DNA of 64,000 nt, taken from Bacteroidales bacterium. Its GTDB lineage: Bacteria > Bacteroidota > Bacteroidia > Bacteroidales > VadinHA17. Shown here one piece after another: positions 34,091 through 44,525 of the stretch. The stretch is taken from assembly GCA_025454815.1 (NCBI GenBank), contig JALONR010000004.1:17583-81582 (forward strand), read 5' to 3'. The notes under the pieces were generated by a model. It was not told where the DNA came from. It ran no database searches and was given only the letters and a program-made list of their open reading frames with translations. Both the position numbers and the translations under genes were made by a program. Each line of letters begins with the position of its first letter. Within the stretch, counting starts at the first letter, position 1.

Positions 34091-35022
34091 ACATGAAGCA
34101 ACTTAAACTGACACTCTTATTTGCAGCTCTCTGCATCACGCTGACAGTCAGCGGACAGACCTACAGGCATATTTCCGGGTGGTCACAGGAGATCAATGAC
34201 AGGATAGAAGACTTCCTGAATTCAACCATCACCATGAACATACGGAAAGTAGCAGTGTTTGACAGTGACGGGACCACCTTTGGCCAGGTTCCGCACTACC
34301 TGGCTGACGAGGCGCTCTACCGGTATGCCGATAAAGTCCTGAAAGACAGGAAGGACAGGGAGGCCAGGGAGAAGCTGAAGATACTTGAACGGATGGTAAA
34401 GGACGGCAATAACGTTGGAAAGCCCTATGTGGAGGACAGGGTCCACTTTCTTTCCGGCCTGAGCCCGGAGGAAATCGAGATGATTGGCTATGAGTGCTAC
34501 AGGGAGTCATACAGGAACAAAACCTATCCCGAGATGAAACAGCTGGTTGCCAACCTGAAGGAGTATGGCTTTGAGGTTTACATCCTCACGGCTTCACCGG
34601 AGTTCCTCTACCAGAAGTTCGTCTCCGAGGAGTACGGCATACCCGTAACCAACGTCCTTGGAGCCAAATGCGTCGTAAAGGAAGGATTAACCACCGGTGA
34701 GATTATCCCTCCCATCCCGCAGGATGACGGCAAGGCACACACCATCGAGACATTCATCAAGACCAGGCCCCTGATAGTGGGAGGCAACAGCCGTGGTGAC
34801 ATGGACATGCTCAATGAGTCAGCAGGACTCAGGATAGTTGTCAACCCTGACGACATCACCGTCCGCGGTCCGGAAGACGGCCCGATGAGCGGGCATACAG
34901 TAAAAACTTACTGGGAGAAGGAAGGTGCAATCATAGTGAGGTGTAATGACGTAAGAGACCCGAAGGTCAGGTTTCATACCGAAGAGTGGAAGATCAGGCC
35001 CAACATAGCTAACCCCAAATGA
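34087..35022 (+). CDS. Secreted HAD-superfamily phosphatase (HAD-IB / phosphoserine-phosphatase-like)
   Basis: Start taken at the ATG at 34087 (MNMKQLKL..., signal peptide), which overlaps the glpT stop as ATGA. DxDxT motif FDSDGTT. Motif IV GNSRGDMDM. Confidence 0.85.
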   Translation: MNMKQLKLTLLFAALCITLTVSGQTYRHISGWSQEINDRIEDFLNSTITMNIRKVAVFDSDGTTFGQVPHYLADEALYRYADKVLKDRKDREAREKLKILERMVKDGNNVGKPYVEDRVHFLSGLSPEEIEMIGYECYRESYRNKTYPEMKQLVANLKEYGFEVYILTASPEFLYQKFVSEEYGIPVTNVLGAKCVVKEGLTTGEIIPPIPQDDGKAHTIETFIKTRPLIVGGNSRGDMDMLNESAGLRIVVNPDDITVRGPEDGPMSGHTVKTYWEKEGAIIVRCNDVRDPKVRFHTEEWKIRPNIANPK

Positions 35023-35031
35023 TCACAGATA

Positions 35032-36216
35032 ATGAAAATGAGATTATTGTTTTCAATGGCACTGGCTGCAGCCCTGCTTTCAGGGTGCACGCAGAAGAAA
35101 TCGCCCGCGGCAGGCGGGGTGCAGGATTATATGCCTGACAATGCCGTCATAGCGCACAGGGGAACCATCTACTGGGCTCCCGAACTGACCGAGGCAGCCT
35201 TTCGCTGGGCCCGCAACACCGGCGCCGACTATATGGAACTGGACCTTCACAGGTCAAAGGACAGCATGATTATCATCATGCATGACAAGACATTTAAACG
35301 GACCACCGATGTGGCGGAAAAATTCCCGGGCCGGGAAGGAGATCCCATAAGCAGCTTCACCCTGGAAGAGATTATGCAGCTTGATGCCGGAAGCGCATTC
35401 AATACTAAAAATCCGGAGCAGGCCAGGCAGAGCTTCGCAGGCCAGAATGTGCTTGTCCTTGAGGATGTCTTTCGCATCGCCGAAGGCAAGCGGATAAAGC
35501 GAAACACCGATGGCAGCAGGGTGTACACCCGTGACGAAGCCGGCGTATATCAGTTTGAATATGAGGATGACCCGGCAGACAACGGACACAGGCCGGGAAT
35601 ATATATTGAATTCAAGAATCCCGTCGATTACCCGATGGTGGAAGAGCAGGTTTATGATGAGCTGAAACGCATAGGGTGGAACCCCCTCGAAGGAGAGATC
35701 CCTTCAGCCGATGAACCTTTCATTAAAGATGGCAGGGTCAATGTCGGTAAAACCAGGGGTAAGATCCTGGTCCAGACCTTCTCACAGCCTGGAATGATGA
35801 ACCTTAAAAGAGTCTTCCGGGAGCAGGTGCCTGCAAGCTTCCTCATCGGCAACCGCAAAACCAACGAATTTGCACAGGAGCAGGTTACAGACAGCATCGT
35901 TGCATTCGCACGGGAGTGCGGGGCACAGTTCATCGGCACCAACCTGGGTGATGAGAATGATGGCCTGTCGCCTGCATTTGCGGCGAAGATCCATGAGGCA
36001 GGACTGAAAGCCAATATCTACTCAATCAATACAGTGGAGCAGATGGAGAAATATTTCGGTGAGGGAGAAGGAAAAAAGGCCTCTCCCCTTGCAGACGGGA
36101 TGATCACCAACCGCACCGACCTCACCATTGATTTCTATCATGCCCGCAAGGTACGCGCTTCAGGTACAGAAAAGAGTCCGCAGGAAATACTCGCCGATCT
36201 TGGATATAACCAGTAA
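35032..36216 (+). CDS. glpQ: Glycerophosphodiester phosphodiesterase (GDPD family), lipoprotein
   Basis: 394 aa. Lipobox LLSGC. GDPD signature IAHRG...APELT...YMELDLHRSKD...IIMHD. Confidence 0.85.
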   Translation: MKMRLLFSMALAAALLSGCTQKKSPAAGGVQDYMPDNAVIAHRGTIYWAPELTEAAFRWARNTGADYMELDLHRSKDSMIIIMHDKTFKRTTDVAEKFPGREGDPISSFTLEEIMQLDAGSAFNTKNPEQARQSFAGQNVLVLEDVFRIAEGKRIKRNTDGSRVYTRDEAGVYQFEYEDDPADNGHRPGIYIEFKNPVDYPMVEEQVYDELKRIGWNPLEGEIPSADEPFIKDGRVNVGKTRGKILVQTFSQPGMMNLKRVFREQVPASFLIGNRKTNEFAQEQVTDSIVAFARECGAQFIGTNLGDENDGLSPAFAAKIHEAGLKANIYSINTVEQMEKYFGEGEGKKASPLADGMITNRTDLTIDFYHARKVRASGTEKSPQEILADLGYNQ

Positions 36217-36230
36217 CAGAATACCATTAC

Positions 36231-38180
36231 ATGCCAGAAATAAGAAAACTCATATTGCTTCTGTTGATTGCGGCCGTGGCCGCATGCACAGGCTGCAAGG
36301 AAGACCCTCTGCCGCCTGTTGATGAAGGACTTAAGATAACAGGTATCTCAATACCTGCCAGTCTCAACGTACCCGTCGGTGGCGAGGTCATTCTGACCGG
36401 AATCGGGTTTGCGGTAAATGACCTGATTGAATTCGTGCTCACCTCTGACGCCGGAAAGGTCTATACAGCACAGCTGACCTCGGTAACCGGCCAGAATGGC
36501 ACCTTCCTGCTACCCGCCGGGGTTACCTCAGGCACATACAGGCTTACGGTTAAAAGAGGCACTGACAGTATGGTGCTCGGAACGGTGACCATCAATGTCG
36601 TGGCAGACACCTCCATACCCGACAAGCCCGGTATGACGGTGAAAGGGGTGGTTTATTCCGACGGTGAGGGTGTTCCGGGAGTGGTTGTCTCAGACGGAGT
36701 TGAGGTTACGGTCACTGACAGCAAGGGGATATAGTACCTCCCCTCGGCCAAGCAGAACGGATTTGTATTCATCTCCCTGCCAGGCAATTACGAGATTGCC
36801 ACCAGTGATAACATACCCCAGTTCTTCAGGAGACTGGCAGGAGGTTCAACCGTTGAACAGCACGATTTCTCACTGGTGCAAACCGATAATAACAACCATG
36901 TTGTACTTGCACTGGCCGACTGGCACCTGGCAAACCGCAATGATGACCTTGCCCAGTTCAGCAACGGCTTCCTTCCTGACGTGAATGCCACAATTAGCTC
37001 CTACACCTCGGCCGGCAGGAAGGTATATGGTGTTCCGCTGGGCGATATGACCTGGGATGCTTACTGGTATGAGAACAACTTCCGCCTTGACAAGTACCTG
37101 GTGGAGATGAAGAAGGTCAACTGCCCGATGTTCAATGTGATTGGAAATCATGACAATGACCCATATGTTCAGGGTGACATCCCGCCGGAGAAACCCTTCA
37201 GGGACCTCATCGGTCCCACCTACTACTCATTCAACCTGGGGCAGGTGCATTACGTGGTACTTGACAATATCCAGTACATCAACACCGGTGGCGCACAGGG
37301 TGTGGTTGGTGAGCGTAACTATAATGACTATGTAGTTGCCTCGCAGGTCAGCTGGCTGGAAAAAGACCTGGCAGCAATAACTGACAAGAGCACTCCGCTG
37401 GTGATCTTCATTCATGCCCAGCTCTACGGGAATCCGGCTCTTGATGCCGGAGGTCAGCAGGTAAACAATATAGTCCTGAATAACGGCAGCACCCTCCTGT
37501 CACTAATACAGGATTTTGATGAGGTTCATTTTGTCAGCGGGCACACCCACATCAACTTCACAGTTGAATCAGGGGCAGTTATGGAGCATAACACTGCGGC
37601 CATCTGTGCAACCTGGTGGTGGACCGGCAAGACAGGATATGCCAATAACCAAATCTGCAAGGATGGCAGTCCCGGCGGATACGGTGTGTGGGAGATGACC
37701 GGCAGGGATCTGAAGTGGCACTATAAGAGTATCGGCAAGCCGTCTTCGTACCAGTTCCGGAGCTATGACCTCAATAAAGTGGTTATAACCGCAGCTGCAT
37801 TTGCCCCCAACTCAACTGACGCTGCCCTGGCTGAGTATGCGGGATCGTATGCCACACCCAATGCGGTGAATGATGTGCTTATAAATGTCTGGGGTTATGA
37901 TCCTGCCTGGACTGTAGAGGTCACCGAAGGGGGAACGCCTCTGACAGCAGAGAGGGTATCTGTAAAAGACCCTCTCCACATTATTTCCTATGAGGCAAAG
38001 AGGCTTAATGCAGGGGCCACCCCCACCAGTTCATTCGTGACCGGTAACACGGCACACATGTTCAGGGTCAGGGCATCCTCAGCAACATCGACACTTGAGA
38101 TAAAGGTCACTGACCGTTTCGGCAGGGTTTATACGGAAACAATGACGCGGCCGAAGGATTTTACATGGTCAATGCAATAA
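36231..38180 (+). pseudogene. Calcineurin-like metallophosphoesterase lipoprotein (N-terminal Ig/CarboxypepD_reg-like domains + catalytic domain), interrupted by one in-frame TAG at 36732-36734
   Basis: ORFs 36231-36734 and 36876-38180 are in the same frame. Read-through gives ...VTVTDSKGI*YLPSAKQNGFVFISLPGNYE...LADWHL...LGDMTWD...VIGNHDND...SGHTHIN, the metallophosphatase motifs. Lipobox VAAC. Confidence 0.8.
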
Positions 38181-38212
38181 ACTATATATAACTAACTTAA
38201 AACCACTAATCT

Positions 38213-41200
38213 ATGAAATTCAAACCAGCTCTTAAAATTATTCTTGCCACATTCCTGATGGCACTGGTTATGTTGCCGGTGATGGCTCAGGAGAGGCAGG
38301 TGACAGGAACGGTGTTTGAGCCTGACGGTGTCACCCCGATCCTCGGGGCAACCGTAGTGCTCAAGGGTTCTGCCACAGGGACAAGCACTGACACCCGTGG
38401 AGCTTATTCCATAAGGGTGAGCGGTGCAAACCCTGTTCTGGAGTTCCAGTTCCTGGGGTACATAAAGCAGGAGATACCAGTTGGCAACCAGAGTGTGATC
38501 AATGTTACCCTGCAGGAGGAAGCCATTGAGGTATCGGCAGTGGTGGTTACCGCCCTCGGACTGACACGCGAGGAAAAGTCACTCGGTTATGCAGTGACGA
38601 AAGTAAACAATGAAGAACTGACACAGGTTGTCAACTCCAACTGGCTGAGCGGCATGTCAGGCAAGGTTGCAGGTCTCTCGGCAGTGGGTGCCAGCACAGG
38701 GCCCATCAGCTCGATGCGCGTTACCCTCCGTGGCGACCAGTCTCTCAACTACGGCGCCAACGAGGCTCTGTTCATCGTTGACGGAGTCCCGGTACGTTCC
38801 GGAACAACTGCCACCTCATCAAGCAGCCCATACACCAACTCAGGGTCTGATTTTCCGGTGGACTTCGGTAACGGCGCAAGCGACATCAACCCCGAGGACA
38901 TCGAATCTGTCTCAGTACTTAAGGGGCCGGCTGCCACCGCACTCTATGGCTCAAGGGCAGCCAACGGAGCAATTGTCATTACCACAAAATCAGGCCGAAA
39001 GGACAAGGGCATCGGCGTTACCGTCAACTCCTCCGTTGTGGTGGAGAGGGCCGGGTACTGGCCTGATTTCCAGACAAAGTTCGGCTCAGGTTCAGACATG
39101 GGACTGGAAGAATACAACTTCTGGACACTCGATCCCAGCCTTGTAGGAACAACCGACTATCCCCCGCGAAACATCTCCCGTTATGCATGGGGAGAAGAGT
39201 TCAGCGAGGACAAGCTCCGCTACCAGTACGAGGGGAAAAACTGGGAGACCGGGGAGATCGTAAAAACGCCGTTCGTTTACAAGGATGACTGGTTCACCGG
39301 AATCTTCCAGGATGGCGTGACCTATAACAACTCTGTCGCCATCAGCGGCAGCAACGGCGAAGGGCAGAACGTACGCTTCTCTGCCACTGACACCAGGAAC
39401 AAATGGATCCTGCCGAATACAGGGTACGGAAAACAGGCATACTCATTCTCATTTGAGACACCGGTGAACAAGTTTATCGATTTCAACACAAAGGTGAACT
39501 ACTACCGCACTGACAGTGACAATATGCCCATGGCCGGTTATCACCAGACCACGGTAATGTATAACCTGATGTGGGGTTACAACTCCAACTCGATGGCCGA
39601 CTGGAGAAATGAGTACTTTGAAGGAAGGTTCAATGCCATCAACCGTAACGCCACCATCTCAGAGGGGGGGAACAGCCTCGTCTTCGCCGGAACAGGCTCA
39701 TACAACCCTTACAGGGTCCTCTACGAGGAACTCAACACGGCCGATAAGGACAGGGTTTTCGGGAATATGGGGTTCACATTCCACCTGCTTGAAGGACTGA
39801 CACTCAACATTAGGTCAGGTATTGATATGGGGGTAGAGTTCCGCACCCAGAGGAAACCCAAACTGACCTACGGATGGGAAAACGGCTTCTACAGGGAGCA
39901 GTCACTCACCAATTTTGAGATCAATTCTGACTTCCTGTTGAGGTATGAAAAGAACTTCCTTGACGGCAGGCTGACAACCGCGGCTGCATTCGGCGGCAAC
40001 AACATGAGCTACCATTACCGCAGCAACACGGTTCAGCTTGATGAGCTTGACATAGATGGTGTTTACCATATCTCAAACGTCCCGACAGGTATTTTTGCTG
40101 ACCCCGAGAGCTACAGAAGCTACAAGATGATCAACAGTCTTTACGGGTTCGTGACACTCGGCTGGGATGATACCTATTACCTTGACATCACAGGCAGAAA
40201 CGACTGGTCGAGCACTCTTGCGAAAAGCAACTGGTCTTATTTTTATCCTTCAGTTGCAGCCAGTATACTTCTTGACAGGGCATTTGATTTCCGGACCAAC
40301 CTTCCGGCAGTGACATTTGCCAAACTGCGCCTCTCGTGGGCAAACGTGGGTAATGACACCGGTCCGTATTCTCTTGACCAGTACTACTCGGCTTCATCAA
40401 TCAGCGGAGGTTATACCCTTCCCTCAACAATTCCTGACCCGATGATCAAGCCAGAGAATGTGGAGAGCTGGGAACTGGGTCTTGACGCCAGGTTCCTCAG
40501 GAACCGTCTTGGATTCGACCTTGCACTCTACAACTCTTCAACCACAAACCAGATTGTCTCTGTTGATGTTGACCCGATAGTCGGCGCCTCATCAATGAAG
40601 ATCAACGCCGGTGAAATCAACAACAAGGGTATTGAAATTGCCTTGTTTACCACACCCGTCAGGACGAGAAACTTCACCTGGGACTTCAATCTGAACTGGG
40701 CCAGGAACAAAAACACCCTGGTAAGCCTTCAGGAGGGATGGGATCCCGCCCAGCCGTTTGAGACCGACATGGGAACGACAATCGGCGGAAGGCTTCACGT
40801 ATACTCATACATAGGCCAGGAGATGCACCAGATATACGGCTTTGCCCTTAAGAGGGCTCCTGAAGGATCATACTACGTTGATGACAACGGCAACCAGGTA
40901 GACTGTTCCGGAATGGTAATAATAAATGCAAACACCGGCCTCCCTTCAGTTGAGTCAACCGCTGACCACTTCCTGGGTAAGGTTAACCCCGACTGGAGAG
41001 GCGGTTTCAGCACGTCACTCAGGTACAAGAACCTGACTTTCAGCGGCGTATTCTCTTACCAGATGGGAGGTCACAGGTATTCGGTCACCAATGGTATCCT
41101 CTCATACCAGGGGAAACTGACCAACTCACTCGAGGGGCGCTATGACGGTATAGTTCCAGAGGGTGTCAATGTGATCTCAACAAATGAGGACGGATCTGCT

Positions 41201-41545
41201 GTCTGCGAGGTCAACAACACTGTCACAAACAGCATCTATACCTACTACCAGGCAATAACGCTTGACCGCTACAACGGCGAAACACATACCTTTGAGACAT
41301 CATTCCTGAAATTCAAGGAGGCACGACTTGAATATGCACTGCCGGCAGCAATATGCCAGAAGACAAAGGTGCTGCAGGGTGCAACCATAGGCGTCTTTGC
41401 CACGAACATTTTCAGCTGGGACAAGTGGCCTCAGTTTGACCCTGAAGGTGGTATTATGACCGGCACCAACCTGTTCAGCGGCATTGAAGCAGGAGCTTTC
41501 CCGATGACGCGTACACTGGGTGTGAACCTGAAACTCTCATTCTAA
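38213..41545 (+). CDS. SusC-family TonB-dependent outer-membrane transporter
   Basis: 1110 aa. CarboxypepD_reg-like N-terminus (VTGTVFEPDGVTPILGATVVLKG). Plug and barrel. No STN domain. Confidence 0.95.
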   Translation: MKFKPALKIILATFLMALVMLPVMAQERQVTGTVFEPDGVTPILGATVVLKGSATGTSTDTRGAYSIRVSGANPVLEFQFLGYIKQEIPVGNQSVINVTLQEEAIEVSAVVVTALGLTREEKSLGYAVTKVNNEELTQVVNSNWLSGMSGKVAGLSAVGASTGPISSMRVTLRGDQSLNYGANEALFIVDGVPVRSGTTATSSSSPYTNSGSDFPVDFGNGASDINPEDIESVSVLKGPAATALYGSRAANGAIVITTKSGRKDKGIGVTVNSSVVVERAGYWPDFQTKFGSGSDMGLEEYNFWTLDPSLVGTTDYPPRNISRYAWGEEFSEDKLRYQYEGKNWETGEIVKTPFVYKDDWFTGIFQDGVTYNNSVAISGSNGEGQNVRFSATDTRNKWILPNTGYGKQAYSFSFETPVNKFIDFNTKVNYYRTDSDNMPMAGYHQTTVMYNLMWGYNSNSMADWRNEYFEGRFNAINRNATISEGGNSLVFAGTGSYNPYRVLYEELNTADKDRVFGNMGFTFHLLEGLTLNIRSGIDMGVEFRTQRKPKLTYGWENGFYREQSLTNFEINSDFLLRYEKNFLDGRLTTAAAFGGNNMSYHYRSNTVQLDELDIDGVYHISNVPTGIFADPESYRSYKMINSLYGFVTLGWDDTYYLDITGRNDWSSTLAKSNWSYFYPSVAASILLDRAFDFRTNLPAVTFAKLRLSWANVGNDTGPYSLDQYYSASSISGGYTLPSTIPDPMIKPENVESWELGLDARFLRNRLGFDLALYNSSTTNQIVSVDVDPIVGASSMKINAGEINNKGIEIALFTTPVRTRNFTWDFNLNWARNKNTLVSLQEGWDPAQPFETDMGTTIGGRLHVYSYIGQEMHQIYGFALKRAPEGSYYVDDNGNQVDCSGMVIINANTGLPSVESTADHFLGKVNPDWRGGFSTSLRYKNLTFSGVFSYQMGGHRYSVTNGILSYQGKLTNSLEGRYDGIVPEGVNVISTNEDGSAVCEVNNTVTNSIYTYYQAITLDRYNGETHTFETSFLKFKEARLEYALPAAICQKTKVLQGATIGVFATNIFSWDKWPQFDPEGGIMTGTNLFSGIEAGAFPMTRTLGVNLKLSF

Positions 41546-41563
41546 ACTTAAAACAGGCAACAA

Positions 41564-43141
41564 ATGAAAAAACTAAGAATACTTGTCATCTGCGGGCTTG
41601 TTCTCGGATCACTCTGGTCGTGTACCAAAAATTTTGAGGAGATCAACACCAACCCGAACAGGACCCTGGTGGGTATGATACAGCCCTCGGGCATGTTCGA
41701 ACCCATACTATACAACTCTGCCAATCAGTGGCTGAACCGCACCTGGTACTACAACAATGAGCTGATGCAGTTCACTGCCCATACCGGAGGAGTAACCCGC
41801 AGGGAACATCTCTACTTCCTTGAAGATTCAAGAGACTGGTACGGTTTCTGGAACCACTATGCCTCATATGGCAAGAACATTGAACACATGTATGAACTCT
41901 CTAAGGAACACGCAGACCCCTCACTTGAGGCTATAGCATTGACCTTCAAGGTTCTGTTCATGTCGAACATGACTGACATGTTTGGAAGCATCCCTTACGA
42001 GGAAGCATTTACCGGAAGAGTGCTGGGAGGCACGCTTACACCGAAGTTCAACACCCAGGAGGAAGTCTATGAGTTGCTTTTTGCTGACCTGGAGAAGGCA
42101 AATGATATCTATGCCACCAACCCGGTTTTCCTCAATCCCTCAATGGACGGGATGTACGGCGGAAATATGCAGGCATGGAGAAAGTTCAACAACTCTTTGT
42201 ATCTCAGGCTCCTCTGCAGAGTCAGCGGGCGCACGGAGATGAATGTCGCAGCAAGGATGACTGCTATACTTGGCAACCCTTCCAAATACCCCGTCTTCAC
42301 TTCCAACGCTGACAATGCCACCGTGAAATTCTCGGGCGTTGACCCCTATATAAGCAACTTCGGCCTGACAACCGAGAGCGATTTCACTTCCAGCGGAAGA
42401 AAGCTGACACAGCAGCTTATCAAGCTGACGGTGCAGACGGATATCAATGGTAACCAGATCTATGTTGATCCGAGGCTGCTGGTAATCGGCAAGAAAAACC
42501 CGAATGCGCAGGTTAACCCATTAAATATCTGGAAAGGAACCGTCTCAGGTTGTACCGATCTGGAAAGAAGTGAGGTTGACAGGGGCACATCATGGCTGAA
42601 TTTCAAGGTCTTTTGCAGAAGGGATGCTCCGGCTGTCTACATGGATTATGCCGAAGTGCAGTTCATACTGGCCGAAGCTGCCCTCAAGGGATGGATCACC
42701 GGCGGTCAGGGCGTTGCAAAGAATTACTATGAGGCAGGCGTCAGGGCCACGATGCAGAAGTGGTCTGAGCAGGGTGCTTTCGCAGAACCCGCGGTATCAA
42801 TCACAAATGACGATATCAATACCTTCCTTGCATCACCACTGGGTTCATGGGACCTTGCCACGAACAAGGAGGAGTTCCTCGGCAACCAGAAATGGCTTGC
42901 CCTCTTCTGGGTAGGGATGGAAGCTTACCATGAATACCGCAGGACAGGATACCCGGTCCTCACTATCGGTGGCGGTACAATCTACAATGACAATATCCTC
43001 CCGACGAGGTTCGGTTACCCGAATGTGACCATGTCAACCAACAACGCCAATGCCAGTGCCGCACTCGAGGAGATGGACGGACCGAACGATATGAAGACAC
43101 CGGTCTGGTGGAGCAAACAGGCAATTACCGGAGGTAAATAA
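41564..43141 (+). CDS. SusD-like outer-membrane lipoprotein (SusD-like_2 type)
   Basis: 525 aa. Lipobox LWSC followed by TKNFEEINTNPN. Lies 18 nt after SusC. Confidence 0.85.
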   Translation: MKKLRILVICGLVLGSLWSCTKNFEEINTNPNRTLVGMIQPSGMFEPILYNSANQWLNRTWYYNNELMQFTAHTGGVTRREHLYFLEDSRDWYGFWNHYASYGKNIEHMYELSKEHADPSLEAIALTFKVLFMSNMTDMFGSIPYEEAFTGRVLGGTLTPKFNTQEEVYELLFADLEKANDIYATNPVFLNPSMDGMYGGNMQAWRKFNNSLYLRLLCRVSGRTEMNVAARMTAILGNPSKYPVFTSNADNATVKFSGVDPYISNFGLTTESDFTSSGRKLTQQLIKLTVQTDINGNQIYVDPRLLVIGKKNPNAQVNPLNIWKGTVSGCTDLERSEVDRGTSWLNFKVFCRRDAPAVYMDYAEVQFILAEAALKGWITGGQGVAKNYYEAGVRATMQKWSEQGAFAEPAVSITNDDINTFLASPLGSWDLATNKEEFLGNQKWLALFWVGMEAYHEYRRTGYPVLTIGGGTIYNDNILPTRFGYPNVTMSTNNANASAALEEMDGPNDMKTPVWWSKQAITGGK

Positions 43142-43160
43142 CCATCAAAAAAGAATAAGA

Positions 43161-44396
43161 ATGAAAAACAAGAACATAATAAACCACGGGAGAACGGCGC
43201 TGATCATCCTTCCGCTGTTCCTCCTCTCCCTGTTCCTCCTCTCTTCATGCAAGGAGGAGCCGGTACAGGAAGATCCCTTCTTCACCATTGAGGGTGACCC
43301 CACCGGGCTGACAGTCACCAAGGCTGCGAAGACCCAGGCCTATGTGGTACGCTCCAACAGACCCTGGCAGATAGTAAAGAAGGAAGATGCCGACTGGGTC
43401 AAGGCTTTCCCTGAAAAGGGTGAAGCTGACGGAATCTTCAAGATAATAGTGAAGGCCAACGAAACATTTGACACGCGGACAGTAAACTTTGCCTTCGTAG
43501 TTGACGGAGAAGAGCAGCCGGTGATGTTCCGCGTTGAGCAGGCAGGCAACGTGCCCTACATAACCCTCCCGGCCACTGTGACCATACCCGCAGGCGGAGG
43601 TGAGTTCTCAGTCGATGTTGCTTCAAACGTAAGCTGGAGTTACTCGCTCAGCGACGACTCCTGGCTGACCGAACAATCGGTCACCTCCCAGAAGATAACC
43701 TTCGTTGCGGAGGAGAACACAAGCGTTGATCCGCGTGAGGTCACGCTGACGGCAACTGCTACAAATTACCCGACGGTAATCAGTGCTGTTACCCTCACCC
43801 AGTCTCCCGGAACGGTTGTTCTGGAGGAGGACTTCAGCTGGCTGGCTTACGGGAGTGCAGTATTCTACACCACCACCGGTGAAACGCGTATAGACAACTG
43901 GACCCAGGAACAGAAGGACAGGGGCTGGACAAGCACCGTCAACACGGTGGAAGGCAGCGGTACCACTCCTCTCGTCTATGCAAGACAGGGATTCGTCAAG
44001 CTAGGAAAAACCAGTTATGGTGGTGATCTCATCTCACCTCCCCTGTCCAAACTTGACGGCACCCAGACAGTGACTGTCACATTCAAGGCTATTCCATACA
44101 TGACAGCTGCCGGCACTATGGATGACAATATCCTCAATGTCAGCGTTATCGGCCCGGGAACCGTGAGTCAGAGCCAGTTCATAATTGACAACTGGCCGGT
44201 GTACCCCACTGAGAACGTTACTGACTACTGCATCGGTATGTGGAGTGATCCGGTTGCCACCCGCTCATTCACCATTACAGGTGCCACCGCTGAAACCCAG
44301 ATTGTGTTCCTCGGATACCAGTTTGACCTGCGGGGAGTAGGCGCCGGCAAGAACAGGATATTCCTCGATGACATCAAGGTAGAGATAGTATTGTAG
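43161..44396 (+). CDS. Surface lipoprotein with two BACON-like domains and a C-terminal domain of unknown function (probable ligand-binding partner of SusCD)
   Basis: 411 aa. Lipobox LLSSC. BACON-like segments VVRSNRPWQIV...DWVKAFPEKG...FKIIVKANE and VASNVSWSYSL..DSWLTEQ. Confidence 0.75.
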   Translation: MKNKNIINHGRTALIILPLFLLSLFLLSSCKEEPVQEDPFFTIEGDPTGLTVTKAAKTQAYVVRSNRPWQIVKKEDADWVKAFPEKGEADGIFKIIVKANETFDTRTVNFAFVVDGEEQPVMFRVEQAGNVPYITLPATVTIPAGGGEFSVDVASNVSWSYSLSDDSWLTEQSVTSQKITFVAEENTSVDPREVTLTATATNYPTVISAVTLTQSPGTVVLEEDFSWLAYGSAVFYTTTGETRIDNWTQEQKDRGWTSTVNTVEGSGTTPLVYARQGFVKLGKTSYGGDLISPPLSKLDGTQTVTVTFKAIPYMTAAGTMDDNILNVSVIGPGTVSQSQFIIDNWPVYPTENVTDYCIGMWSDPVATRSFTITGATAETQIVFLGYQFDLRGVGAGKNRIFLDDIKVEIVL

Positions 44397-44422
44397 GAAC
44401 TGCTTACGGTTAGTTTCAACGC

Positions 44423-44461
44423 AAGAGGTGTTCATCTGCACGGTGAGCACCTCTTTTTTTT
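44423..44461 (+). terminator. Rho-independent terminator closing the glpD-to-BACON operon
   Basis: AAGAGGTG-N17-CACCTCTT followed by a T-run (8 T in total), 27 nt after the TAG stop at 44394-44396. Confidence 0.75.
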
Positions 44462-44525
44462 CATTTTGAACATGGTTTGGCATAACTTTGGCTGCACATT
44501 CCGGGGCTGATGTCCTGATCAAACC

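Noticed and set aside
36732-36734. The idea that TAG is reassigned or suppressed genome-wide
   Set aside because: TAG terminates other well-supported genes in this window at sensible positions (sulfatase at 11350-11352, BACON protein at 44394-44396, SusD at 58592-58594). No other gene shows an internal TAG.
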